From Phoronis australis (taxonomy: Eukaryota > Animalia > Phoronida): DNA of 59,817 nt. Where the stretch lies: assembly GCA_002633005.1 (NCBI GenBank), contig NMRA01001021.1, positions 9,367-69,183 of the forward strand, given 5' to 3'. The notes under the pieces were generated by a model. That model was given only the letters and a program-made list of their open reading frames with translations. It was not told the origin of the DNA and did not search any database. This document shows positions 34,768 through 47,064 of the stretch, piece after piece; position 1 is the stretch's first letter; every line of letters begins with the position of its first letter. The position numbers were made by a program, and so were the translations under genes.

Positions 34768-36200
34768 TGACCGAGACTCATGTTGCCAATGACCATCTAT
34801 GAGATAATTCAGTCTAGAGTTGAGACGATTGAGCTTAAGATCAGCAAAATGGTGAGAAAGTGGCTTGGTTTATCTGGGATTCTCTCACCAGTAGCTACGT
34901 ACATGTAAAGTAAGCAAAGGAGGTTGCGTCTACCAATTACATTTGTTGTAGAGGAGTGCAAGGTTGCGAAGGTTAGATGCAGTGAGGATCACCTTGACAA
35001 TACCATAAGAGACAAACCACCCAAGCTAAATACTGGAAGGAAATGGAAAGTAGGTGAAACAATGAAGACAACAAGTGAGATGGCTCACCAGAAAGAACTT
35101 GTTGTTGTGTTGAGAGATGACAGAAGACGTATCTGAGTGACCCAGAGAGAACATTTTTGGTCTGAGGCAAGGGGGTCAGAAAGAAGGAAACTACGTGAGC
35201 AAGAAGTCTGGCAAATGGAGGAAGAACGCCGCTTAGAGTGTAAGCTGTGCAGCAGGCTCAACAGAGACAGTGACTGAATTGGGAAGGTGTGGAACAGCAG
35301 GTCATCAGTTGGAACTATTGGTGGAGAATGAGAGCAAGTCAACTGAAGTTCCTCATCCAGTCTGCATATGATGTCTTGTCACCACCTGCTAACTTGGTGA
35401 GATGGGGTTTGTGGACACGACATTCTTCTTGTCGTCTTTGCCATAGAAGTGGTAGTCTGAGACATATATTATCTGGCTGCAGTAAGGGGCTCACGTGCGG
35501 ATGGTATACTTTCAAGCACAATTTGGTACTACTGAGATGTTACATGTGAACCAGTTGAGTATGCAGAAGTTCCATCTGAAGAATATCAAAGAATAACTTT
35601 CGTCAGGCAAGGGGTTGCAAGCACGTAGTGTTAAGAGACCAGCTACTGTCAATAGGCAATGGACAATTCGAATAGACAAGACGCTTCCAGAGGGATAATT
35701 GCTCCTGTCTGGTTTGCGTCCTGATGTGGTATTGGTCGATGAAGTGAAGAACCATCGTGTTCTTGGTGAACTAACAGTTGCATGGGAAGAGGGTTTCTAT
35801 GAGCGTACGCTGTTACGGTGTGCAGAAATAGCAACAGAAATCCAAGGGAAATGTTACAGCTGTGAACTGATTCCTTTTGAGGTGGGCCAGTCGAGGTTTT
35901 CAGTCATTAGCTTTGTGGAGGTTCCTGAAGGTCACTGGTGTGAACAATTGCAAGAAGGTGGTCAAGGTGTGTGAAAAGAAGGCTGTGTAGGGCAGCACAT
36001 GTATAATGCGGAAGTACCGATATTTCTTAACATGGAGTCAGGACTTGATGGCCGACTGCAACACAACTATATCTACCAGCTGTTGCGGGCCCATCGTGTA
36101 GAGAGATCCTGAGTTTATAGGAACGAATTTTTGAGGAAGCACGGCGCTCAGCTGATGATTTCAGTCGACCAGGGAGCACAACCATCTATCTTTGAGTATG
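34768..36200 (+). mobile_element. 5'-truncated, decayed RLE non-LTR retrotransposon (HERO-like)
   Basis: RKWLGL, KLNTGRKWKV, FLIQSAYDVL.PPANL.RWG, CCHC CRLC..GSLRHILSGC and RLE motif LRPDVVL..ELTVAWEE..PFEVG; multiple stops and frameshifts. Confidence 0.85.
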
Positions 36201-36850
36201 TAATTCTACTGTCAGTCAATAATTGTTTTGCGATTGGTAAAGGAAAATTGTGTAAACCAGAATTCACGAAAGATAACTAAACAAGGGTTTTGTTGTATTC
36301 AGCTTAAACAAAATGTTGTATAGGGCCTATTTGCAAAAAAGGTTCACGAACATAGGACTAATGAGAAATTTCGCAGTGTAGCGGTAAACCTGTTTAGTTC
36401 AGTATGACGTCACGTTCAAGTACTTGTGACACCGTAATCGTTTATAATATTTAAATGTATTGTGGAGTTAAATAGTATTCCGTGCCACAATCGATTAGTG
36501 CTCATCAAAATTTGGTAAGTAAGCCTAAAACTCCTTGAGCTCGAACCGGCACAGAAAAAATGGCGAAGGGAGCGTTTCTTTTATGAGTACTTTGGATTTA
36601 ACCAAGACAAATTTATCATAGTAATCATCATCATGGATCTCTTCATCCTCATCACCAAGATCTTTAATTGCTCAGTTTCGCAAAGTGCTGCTCTTTTTAT
36701 TGTCTCTGTTTGTGTTTCATTCATTAACTGGGTCAAGTCGAAAAGCACACCTACTTGTAGTGCGCGATTCAAAAGGCGAGATCAGTAGCATATTTGTTGT
36801 CACTGCTAGCATCAGGATATCGGTTGGCTTTGATGTCGTAAAGGCCCTCN

Positions 36851-36885
36851 TTCTAGAGGCCCTACAAAATCTGGCCCACCGACTA
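36851..36885 (+). mobile_element. Academ terminal stub (same family as 51362-53625)
   Basis: TTCTAGAGGCCCTACAAAATCTGGCCCACCGACTA immediately after a single N at 36850. Confidence 0.7.
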
Positions 36886-37733
36886 TCATACTCACCTGAC
36901 TCAGTTGAAATACTCCGTGATTATCGCGCGCGGGGTGAAAAAGTTAAAAGTAACCAAAAAGTGGAGTTGGAATTCTTTGCCAGCCACCTGAATTTCCGTA
37001 GCTATGCTTCATCGAAGATATGTTTAGAAGCACAAAGGATCACCGAAGAAAGTGAGCGCCTTTTTATGAGATAGTTTTAGGTGTAGAATGTATTTTGATG
37101 AGGTCAGTGAAAACTTGAGTGAGTGGCCGGGATTTCGCCTACCGACCGTTTAAAATACACGGGCCAAAGACCAAACGACAAGCTTCTTCCCTACTTCCGG
37201 TGACGTCACATTTAAGTCTCGCATAATCTTGCGTTATTGTTATTAACTCGCAAAAGGACAATTAATTTTGATAAGTTCGCCGATGTATGCAATGCATAAA
37301 CTTTGTTAACTAGATAAGCCCGTTGTCCACTGCCATGACCTTGATCGCATTTCTAAGAAACGGGACTCCGTGACTTGTACTTCATTAGGGTTGTCAAAGG
37401 TTGATTAAGTTACCATCAGGGACAGACAGTCATTTGGAGTCAGTTGTTTTTCATCCAAGTCACCCAACAACTAACAGCTACTCTACCTGGTGGTCAAATG
37501 CCTGATTAAACGAACATAATGACTTCAAGGTAACTTTGTTGGAGGATATCAGGCAAACAAAAGGTGCTCCATCAGGTGGACAAATTAAAACAAGTAGAAA
37601 TCAGGAATTGGCCTGTTTTTATTGTGTAAACCAAAGCAGAATTTCATCACAGGATTTCGAATCAATGATACCAGTCCTGACTGTTGGTAGCTGTTATTTC
37701 AAGTTGCTTAGGTTCACATCACTTGGGGATTTA

Positions 37734-37841
37734 CTACTCTGGTGGAGAAAATAACTCGTCAGTTTCCAGGCTTTCCATTTGAACGCTGTCCAGGGCGATG
37801 TCACCTTTCTTAGTTCTACTCTTTGTTGCAGTGAAGACTAC
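37734..37841 (-). CDS. MAM-domain protein, last coding exon (exon 6)
   Basis: Acceptor TTACAG|; phase 0 VVFTATKSRTKKGDIALDSVQ...PPE*, the MAM GDIAIDD motif. Confidence 0.85.
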   Translation of the reverse strand, partial: VVFTATKSRTKKGDIALDSVQMESLETDELFSPPE

Positions 37842-39904
37842 CTGTAACAGATCAAAGATAAAAACGGTATCTGACGAAAATCCTCTCGATCTCGTAATGA
37901 ATTGATTTTACATGACGAGCATCAGATTAGTACTGGACTCGCTTCTCCTATGAACACTGGCAAATTACTAAATTTAAATATGCAAACACAACATAATTCG
38001 TGATAGTTTTAGGAGAATACTGACGTTATGGCCCTTTGGAAACTAGTCTACTCGAGAGAACTTTTGCAAGAAAATTGTGTAAAACGATTTGGCCGTGATT
38101 TGCAACTCGACTACACTGACAAACTTTGATTTGCTCTACCAAAGTCAGTGTTGTGTCATACTTTGGTGAGTTTGCAACCACTCTACATTATCAAATTCTG
38201 TCAAAAGTTTGCAAGCAAACATTTCAAAGTGTTTGGTCGTGTTTTTTGAGCTTGACAGAATTTTGCAAGACACAAGAAAATGTTCTAAGATTTTCTACAC
38301 TAATAGTTGGTGCGACTGCATGGCACCATCGCCACCCATATAAAAAGCCTCACGAGTGGACCAGGGGTTGATTTTTAAGAACGACACCAATGTGGAGCAC
38401 ACGTTTCATGCGAGATTAAATTTTCTGACCAACAGTGCTGCGAGAACCTTCCCACAAAGGAAGAATATAGTTTCAAAATGTTGATGAAGGTGGAACCATT
38501 ACCTTTTAAACAAGCAAAACAAGATGCCGAGATCGTCTATTTCAAAAGCATTGGATGAATAACAAACCTATGCGTTGTTCAAGCTACTTTTCAGCGATAA
38601 ATATTAATACAGATGTGTTCTTTATCAAGATTGGCCTTATTCCAGGTTTCAAATAGATAAAATGCGTAACTAAGGGTTCACAAAGTTTCGTATTGTGTGT
38701 TGTATTTCATGAACTGAAAAATTCCAGTGTCATGTGAATGTGACAATCAGCTGGCAAACTCAAGAATGATTGAGTTCGTAAAAAATAAAATTTAGGAGCG
38801 TATCCCAAACCTAAGGTCGACAGGTGTATGTACGTGTGTTTTAACGTTAATTACACCATTTGTGTAGGTATCTTTTGTTTATCAGAACAACTAGATAACT
38901 TTCAATTTGCAATAGTTTCTTGTAACCTTTTATCTATGTACGAAAAACTACGATGCTCCGGAATAAATTAGATATAATTAATCAAAACTAATTCACAATA
39001 AACATGTCCTCAAATCACATATTCTCACATGACCTGGAATGTGTTCCGACACGACTGGTTAATATCGCCGAGTACGTAAGTTTTTTGATATTGCATGGCC
39101 AAATCACAAAGTAGTACGAAGTAGAAATCCATACGCCTTACGTTTTATCGTCTGCAAAACACTAAACGGGCACCAATCAAGCAATGCTGGAAATTCGTGG
39201 TGACACGATTATGATTGACTGTACGTACTCCTAATCGGAAGGACATGCAAACAATTTCTTAGACGGACCCATCTTCTGCGGCAAATTCCATATCCACGTT
39301 CATTCAAACGGAGACGAACCTCAACTCAAGAAACGGGGTGAGACTGTCTAGTTGTACTGTGATACGCCGTAAAATGTTACAATTTCGTAAAATGTAACAA
39401 GTGTTACATTTCACGTCATTCTTACATTTCACGTTGCTCAGCCTCTCCTAAAATGTAACAAGTTGTTACATTTTACGTAATTGCTACATTTGACGTTGAA
39501 TACGCATGCGAGAAATGTACCATTGTTACATTTTACGAAACCAACGTCATTATGAAGAAAACGACTAAAATCCCGAACAAGTGGTATCTGACACGGCCAC
39601 GGGGTACTCGAGTGTTTTTGAACGAGAGATGCCGCCCGAAAAACTTGGATACCAACCCATTTAGAGAGTGGGATTGGACAAAAATGACAAATTTAGAAAG
39701 TAATTTTGTGTAAAAATATACTTTTGCACACAATTCTGTTCCAGAAATTCAGAAAAGGCACCCCTTTATATTGTATTTTGTCGAAAATGGCACCATTTTG
39801 TAGAGTATTTTTTCTGTGAAAGAAACACCCTATTGGGCGGCACCTTTCGTATACCTCTGACCTTCGGGCTAACAAAGCATGAATTTGGCTACCCAGTATC
39901 ATTT

Positions 39905-40009
39905 TCATTACTACTACATTACTATTACTAGTATTACTGCTATTACCACTATCACTGCTATTAATGCTGTTAATTGTTTCTCTACTATTACTCGTTACCC
40001 TTATCGTTA

Positions 40010-40071
<62 letters not shown>
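39905..40071. repeat. Degenerate (TAC/TAT) run grading into a pure (TAT)n microsatellite
   Basis: Directly visible; pure tract ~40012-40071. Confidence 0.95.
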
Positions 40072-40887
40072 GTCCGAAAGGCCGACAGTCAGATTTTTTC
40101 TGACTATTGCCCCTTTAAACTATCGACCTAAACCCTGTTTGAGCAAAATGATCATGTCTTCTCAGCTAGAGTACCAAAATATTTCTCTATTTCCCCAGCT
40201 ACGCCTCCCATTTTTAAGTGTACACGTCACGGTTTGATCTGTTGCTACCACCATTACTTCAGACAAGTTTGACATCATAGAAACAATGCTATTACTTAAG
40301 GTTGTAAGCTGTTTAAAAAACACAGGACCATGCCGCCACTTAACTGTTGGCTCACCCTTCTCAAAGGCGAAGTTTTGCTTTTGCACTGGTAAAAATCTGT
40401 CAACCTGCCGGCAAATAAATGCCTGCTTTTTTTTCCTTCCGCCACAATGTGTTTAAGAAATTGTCATTTGCAACTAAGGTGGTAGACAGAATCCGTCACC
40501 ATCAGATTAACTTTGGTCTCGTTCCTTTTGTGTGGAGCAGGGCAATTACTGCAGATGACTTCAAGGCAATAAAACACTCGCTGAAATAAATCAAAATATC
40601 GTGGACTAACGGATGTTTTTTTCTATCAAGTTGGCTTCCGAAATTGAATTCTCCGTAAAAATTGATATGGTTCTTTGTTCCAGAACAAATATGTTAAATA
40701 TTAGCAAAATACGATGTCGTTGTTTCTGTTGTGCTTACCAAAGGAAGCGTGTTTACTGTAATGCATGATACACAGTTGTTTTATGACTTGTGAGCACCAA
40801 CAAAAGATTGCAAGAACGTTTTAACACTAAGAAACTTGTTACCTGACCCTGGAAACTCATTAATTCATCTGGAATTAAAACTGTATG

Positions 40888-41047
40888 CAGTGGTGGACCT
40901 AGAGGGGGACCGAGGGGGCCATGCCTCCCCCCCTAAAATTCTCCCAGATTCCATTTGACAGTTTGGAGTGCGAATGTCTGACGGGCAAAATTCTGGTTAA
41001 CACTCTGTTTTGGCCCCCTCTAACTCCAAATCTTGGATCCACCCCTG
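40888..41047 (+). mobile_element. 160-bp CAG..CTG MITE
   Basis: CAGTGGTGGACCTAG / TTGGATCCACCCCTG; flanks GTATG / GCACG could be a decayed 5-bp TSD. Confidence 0.7.
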
Positions 41048-42469
41048 GCACGGTGTACATTTTTCACGATACCAAGAAACTTTTCTGGTTAAAAATAGGG
41101 AGCTGGTAATGACAGAAATTTCATTCCAACAATCCTACAAAAACCCGTCAAGTGTATGAACCGTTTTTCCGTGTGACAAATACCATGCAAACTCATGAAT
41201 TATGACCTTGCTTTCGTAAAATGTAAAAACGGCACATTACTCGCATGTGAAATCGACGTAAAGTGTAACAATTAGATAAAATGTAACAGCTTGTTACACT
41301 TTAGGAGAGGCCTAGCAACGTAAAATGTAGAGTTTACCATTATATGGGGCTATGGGACTTGGTGAAGACAGGGAGGGATAGGGTAACATACAATATATAG
41401 TTCCGTCTCGGCCATGCACGAGGTTCTAGTGCGCTGGGTGAGGCTGAGGCGCAGCGGATAAACCTTTCTATCACGCTGGAAGTTGGTGCGATCTGGACAT
41501 GGATTTCGTGAGTGCACCGTGATTCAAAAATACAAGTACATAACCAGTTTTTCGCATACATAAATTTTTAATGTAATGGGACTCGGGCGTTGTTTACGGA
41601 AGGCACATCTCTGCGTCTCGTAACCGCGGAACTGTGTATTTTTACATATAAAAACACAAAAATTACACCCCTGTCAGAAATTTTATATATGTTTGGAGTA
41701 ATGAACAGGTATGTAGTTAGTGACTGCTTCTAAGTTATTCCGCATTTATAATTTGATAAAGAAAGTCAAAAGTTGTATGAAACGAAACCGGAACAGTGTT
41801 TTAGAAAACTCTTAATAGCGTTTTTAAGATTTATCCCTGAACATTTACATCAAATAAAATTGGACACGATACTGATATTGTTGTTTAACTAGGAGAATAC
41901 TTTCTTTTTTCCCTATATTTTACTAAACAGACATGCTCACACGGCCAATGAACGACGGTTTGGTAATGAGTTAAAATTAACGTTTACACGGTTTCTAATT
42001 TCCGAAAATTTATTTTCACACAATTAATTCCTTCAATTTTCTGTATAGTTCGGTACATGCTCCTACATAATCATATACATGGCTCTAAAGGTCCCCATTT
42101 CGCAATCACATGCTTAGGAGCTTGGGGTTGAGCTGGTGGATCGGTCCCAGCAGCACCTCGAGAGAAGGGCCACCTAACAGGGCAGTGTTACCTCGAACGT
42201 TGTAAGGACCGGTGAGCGGGCAATTGGCGACTGGGCGTACCGCTAATTCTTGCAGTGGGCAACAATAGCCCTTGTCATTGAGCTCAAGGTTTGTGATAAA
42301 AAGCGTATGTCCACTTCCAGAACGTTTGTGGAACTAAACAGCTGTTACCAATTTGCCAACAAATGCATCACAAATCGCCCTAACAAATATTCTGAGGTTA
42401 GGTTGCTGAAGGGTCCAGTGTTCAGCGTCTTAAACGTATAGTTTTTTGCATACTTAGCAAATGGTCTAC

Positions 42470-42648
42470 CTTTGCTTCTTCCGACGTCAAAATTCTGACC
42501 ATAGTAAAGTGCCATGTGTTGCCTTGGTTACCAGACTTTTGGAACAACACGGTCTCTTTACCACTTTTCTTAACCACACATAGCTTGAGACTCCCCATCT
42601 TTGTTTTGCCGAACATGTGCCATCGGAAGGAGAGTAAATATTCACCGG
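42470..42648 (-). CDS. MAM-domain protein exon 5
   Basis: TTTTTCAG| ... |GTAGAC; phase 1 to 0; GEYLLSFRWHMFG..MGSL..SGNQGNTW. Confidence 0.9.
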
Positions 42649-43087
42649 CTGAAAAATACAGAAGATGTGCTACAAATACGAAGAGTTCGAACACCGGCAG
42701 AGGGCATTGCAATTTTCGCGGGAACCACTCAGGCATCAATCTCCAGTACAACGCCGCAATGAATATTTTAGCAAAATCCCGCAACGTTTGATTTATGTTT
42801 CATCGAGTACATCCTTCATCTAGACGAACGACCATGTCCATCATGTACACGTATTATTGCACTAATGTTCTCGTAAGATTGAAAATCACTCCACGGCACC
42901 ACAACTGTCATAATTTTCGTGTGTTTTTGAAAGGATTGGAACATTGAATAATTTTTCATTTCTTAGCTTAAGAGTACTTTCTATCAGCATAAGAAAAAAT
43001 ATGAGTTCAATATTTGATTGGGCTAAACAGACCATTTGGTGTTATTGTGTTAGGAATTCAACTTATTTAACTCTTTCATCACCTTAC

Positions 43088-43211
43088 CTGGAAAGTATCT
43101 AGTGTATATCTTGGCTTCGGATTTTTTTTTAATTTTATCCATTTCCGCGTAGATGTATGGTGTGCACATATACCCGCAGTCGGGGCCTGTACCTTGGGTT
43201 GGCGTAGAACC
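43088..43211 (-). CDS. MAM-domain protein exon 4
   Basis: TTTCCAG| ... |GTAAGG; phase 0 to 1; GSTPTQGTGPDCGYMCTPYIYAE. Confidence 0.9.
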
Positions 43212-43738
43212 CTGGAAATAGTTGATAATGTGTTAGCCAGTAGCTCTCAGCACAATAATATCTTTTAAAACTCAAAGTACACTACAAACAGCACTACATT
43301 TTCTGTTTGTCAAAATGCTGGTTGTCCGGAAATCCCAGTACATCTAAAAAACTTCTTACGCGCTTGCTTATGCATAACGCTTAGATCTCATCTCAGAACA
43401 TTTCTACACAACCATACAGTACGACAGGCAAATTTAAAACGATTCAACTAATTTCCACAGCAAGAGTGCTTAAAAACCATATGCATAGCATATTACAACC
43501 TATTATTACAATTTAACATAAAAGTGTCGTACAAAAGATGAAAACAAGCTTTATTCAACACATCAGTGATACATATAGTAAACTGAGATAAGGCATCCGT
43601 TTAGTAGAACATTTGGTCCTGTCAGAGTCGTTAACTAAAACAACGAAGTGTATATTTAAAAAACAATCCGCTCCATGGTTTTTGTCAAGTTATTTCATGT
43701 TGTCTTGGGAGTAAGCTACCTCGTTATGATTGTCTTAC

Positions 43739-43830
43739 GTTACGTGGTGTCCAGTCGAAGTCGTCATCGGTTGCTTGTGACCACCCGCAAAGGTCACCAT
43801 CGTCAAAGGAGCATGTTATATTATGACCAC
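43739..43830 (-). CDS. MAM-domain protein exon 3
   Basis: CTTTCAG| ... |GTAAGA; phase 1 to 0; NITCSFDDGDLCGWSQATDDDFDWT. Confidence 0.9.
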
Positions 43831-44082
43831 CTGAAAGCAAAAACTATATGTACAATGTCAAGTTTTAGCATTAGCATTCAAAGGCATAAAAATTAAAGAT
43901 TGCAAAAATATCCAGTTGGTAAAATTAAAGTTACGCTGCCTCGGTCTCCACGTACATCCGTGATACTGGAGGAAAAGTCGACTAGAGGTTACTCTGTTTT
44001 GTGAGAGAGCCGTTGCGAGCCTTGAAACACATTTCGTAGGTAACCAAAATCAGAGCGAAGTGGTCTATATACTTAAATAGGT

Positions 44083-44245
44083 AACTTCGTTAAAAACACG
44101 ACTAAGCTTTTTGTTTGAAAACTTTATACGGAGTCGCTCGTAGTGTCGAAAGTACACTGCGAGAAAGGGGATTGTTTCGACACTGCGAGCGACTCTGTAT
44201 CAAGCTGTATGAAACAAAAAGTTTAGTCGTGTTTTCAAAGAAGTT
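44083..44245. repeat. Imperfect ~70-bp-arm inverted repeat (MITE-like)
   Basis: AAAACACGACTAA..GAGTCGCTCG.AGTGTCGAAA mirrored by TTTCGACACT.CGAGCGACTC..TTAGTCGTGTTTT. Confidence 0.75.
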
Positions 44246-44249
44246 CGGG

Positions 44250-44960
44250 TAAACGGAGGGCTGCTACCGAACTTACTTAAATTTGATAATTCAAAGTTAT
44301 GATTAGTGGAACAACCTTTTATAAGAATCCCATGACCTAGCTTCTCTGGTGACGTGAACCGTAGTTAGTCCTATGCTTAAAATTTAATGTACTATTTTTT
44401 TTTCATTTCAACCAAGTTTGTCTCAGCGCCTTGCTCGTACGTGTTGTGGGGAAAGCACGAGATTGTCAATCCGTACATGTATACACTTCACACAAAGACG
44501 CCTCTGTGACAGGTTGATAGAACATCACACCTCAGAGAAAAGTAACATCTATAGGCATTGTGTTAGCAACAATCACCAAGCCAATTCTGTTAGTATTATC
44601 TGCAGAGAACCTAATAAGGAGTTACTGTACATTAAAGAGTCATTTGGCCATTCAGAACCAGCATGCCACTGATTCTCTGAATAACCTGCAGAGCTCGGTG
44701 ACCCTGCAACTATGGTGACCAGCCAAGCTACTGACTATATTCCCTGTATCTCTCACTTCACTTTATGGATGTTACCTGAGCTGTATGTTGGCACTTGTTG
44801 TCCTAAATTGTTGTAAATATGGTCCTGATGATGTCTAATGAAAAGACGAAACGTTGAATTGAACATGAACTTTTTTATTTGCGCGGCGATCGTCCGGTTT
44901 TTAATCTTACTGTGGCCAAAAACTGATTTAATTCCTTGCAATTGTTTCTTAAATAAAAGT
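44250..44960 (+). mobile_element. Penelope-like element 3' fragment (GIY-YIG remnant)
   Basis: TQRRLCDRLIEH..SNIYRHC..H..IICREPN..LYIKES resembles the Penelope GIY-YIG C-terminal half; followed by a hammerhead-like motif and AATAAA. Confidence 0.75.
44821..44860 (+). ncRNA. Degenerate minimal hammerhead ribozyme motif
   Basis: CTGATGA (44825), stem II GTCT/AGAC, GAAA (44848), palindromic AACGTT; stem I is weak. Confidence 0.5.
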
Positions 44961-45572
44961 TAGTCAGAGACAGGTTTGATTTTCTCTTTCATAGCATAGC
45001 ATTACACGACAATAGTATAATATTTAGGCAAGCATTGAAAATGAGTGGACAGATTGAGTTTAATATTACTAATACCAGGAAGAGATAACCAGGCCTGGTT
45101 ATCTCTACCTGCTAATACACAGCAACTGGATACGGCAAACAATTTGTTAAAACATTATAATTAAAACAATATTTAGGAAGGGGATGTGACGATAGTACAG
45201 TAATTTCTAATCAATTCACTAATTTAAGTATCCTTTCAAATATCTCACGTTATGTAGCTATCAATTTTTAGAGTTGTAAGCTTATACAAGCTTCTTGTAA
45301 GTTTTTCCTTGACTGCACCTCCCAACGGCAAAACGGCAAACTAACCGAATGCAGCATATGAGCAAAAAGCGGCAGTGTTTCGTGCTTACATAGTGACTTT
45401 CAAGATGATTTTACAATTTAATAGACCCTGTTTAATTAGCGTCGGTAATCAACGTCGCATAACCAAGCCGTCATCTTTGTTAATAATTATGAGCTTTCCA
45501 AAGAAAATTACTGGCGGTGGCTTTATGATATGAAAAATGGCAACCTCCTGATGGTTTATTACCAGTCCAAGC

Positions 45573-46322
45573 GGATTGTTCTAAAACCCCGCCGACCCCA
45601 CACCCCACAACCCCCTCGACTCATAACCCCCACGTCTCACAACCCCCACGACCTAAAACCCCTTTGAACCACGACCAGTGGCAGATGTATCTTTGTACTT
45701 TTTACACATTTCATAATCATACTACGTCGATGAGTGACTTTTCGATAAGACTTACCGACTCGCGAATTTGCTCTGGCTCAAGCCTGGCGGGTAAAAACAG
45801 AAAGTGGCGTAAGAATATGATCTGAAATAGCGGATTGTGAGAGTGCTACAGTTGTCACGGAAATAGTTCCGTCCACGAGCGGTTACCAATGGCCCTGTTC
45901 TACTAACTTAGGGAGGGAGTACGTTAACGTGAATGCACTTAATTTTACATTTTTCTTATTTGCTTTCTGTTGCATACACGTTCACTATATACTCCAGTCA
46001 ACAGTACTTATTAAAGCAATTACATATTTGTCGGCTCCTCGCACTCTCTCAAAAAGCTTGAATCTGACATTCACTGAAGAGCAGACAGGAACGGCATTTG
46101 TAACGTTGGTAGCTCGCGTTTTTTCTGTTTTTGGCTTTCAAACTTGCCGAATCGACTCTCGTAATTTCAAAAAACAGCCTGAGGGGAAAGCCAGCCGAGC
46201 TCACGGCCAGACTCGTTGGTCCTGCAAGTCAGCTTGTTTTATGTTCAGATCGATTCGAGCTTGTGTAGAGTGGGTGGAGGGGGTCCTGGGGTTTGGGGGT
46301 CGAGGGGACTTTAGAACAATCC
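45573..46322. mobile_element. MULE/MuDR-like MITE with subterminal CCCCTCGA/CCCACGA repeats
   Basis: TIR GGATTGTTCTAAA / TTTAGAACAATCC; exact 9-bp TSD AGTCCAAGC. Confidence 0.88.
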
Positions 46323-46440
46323 AGTCCAAGCCAACAGCAATGTGCAGGAGGTCCGTTCTTGTAGGTTGACTAACGCCTGCGACCATTGAAAAATGGGATC
46401 GTCTGCAATCTTTGTTGACACCACTCCAACACGTACTTAC

Positions 46441-46459
46441 TTGCTGTTGCCAATCGTTT
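46441..46459 (-). CDS. MAM-domain protein putative 19-nt microexon (exon 2)
   Basis: TTTTTTTCACACAG|AAACGATTGGCAACAGCAA|GTAAGT; converts phase 0 to phase 1 exactly as required (KRLATAS). Confidence 0.55.
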
Positions 46460-47064
46460 CTGTGTGAAAAAAACGAACAGTGGAGATTTTTGTTTATACC
46501 AGATTACACAAACGGTAAACAGCATTGCAAAACAATTAAAAACAAAACTGAAGGGTGTAAAGTAAGATAACATAAGATAAGAAGAATTTGTTTGATAGCA
46601 GGCCTGAATAAGATAATTGATTAAACTCATTTCATTCACTGTGCCACGCATCAAACAGTGGCAGGTTTTAACTGCAAACATTAATCCGCCTATGAACCTA
46701 TGCACCGTTTGATCGAGTTTGCGACCGTGGTCGATATGTGGATGCAACATTTTCGCCCAATAATATTCCAAGGTGTTTGTGTTTGTTTTTTGGGGGAAAA
46801 TATCCCCATTGAGCGGTAGAACAATGATTGTTTTTGTGTATTTATACACCAGTGTTGTTGGGCTTAAAAAATGATCAACACTGACTTTTTCACTCTCCAT
46901 TTCCGAGACCAGTTTGTCCAGTACAGACTGTTATCGCATAGAGTACTCAGAGTGCTCCTTTGGGAATGGATAGAAAACTGTTGTATTATCAGCCTATGAA
47001 AAGGCTTTCGGCATTGACGTAGCCGGGCGAAGATGAGGCTGACAAGACAAAATCGATCGGGACT

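Larger units (their letters stand above)
39358..41335. mobile_element. Foldback-type element with long repetitive inverted ends (AAATGTAACA motifs) and nested repeats
   Basis: 39420-39545 is the reverse complement of 41210-41335; left end TGTGATACGCCGTAAAATG; right tip not found. Confidence 0.6.

Noticed and set aside
39879-40237. Poly-Tyr and poly-Leu ORFs (also the HT/AR-repeat ORFs at 4627-4932)
   Set aside because: Translations of microsatellites
44776-44834. Minus-strand 59-nt candidate exon for the MAM gene
   Set aside because: Lies within the Penelope remnant and gives an in-frame stop when joined after the microexon
46370-46900. 176-aa minus-strand ORF
   Set aside because: No recognisable domain; AT-rich intronic sequence of which only the 19-nt microexon is plausible coding
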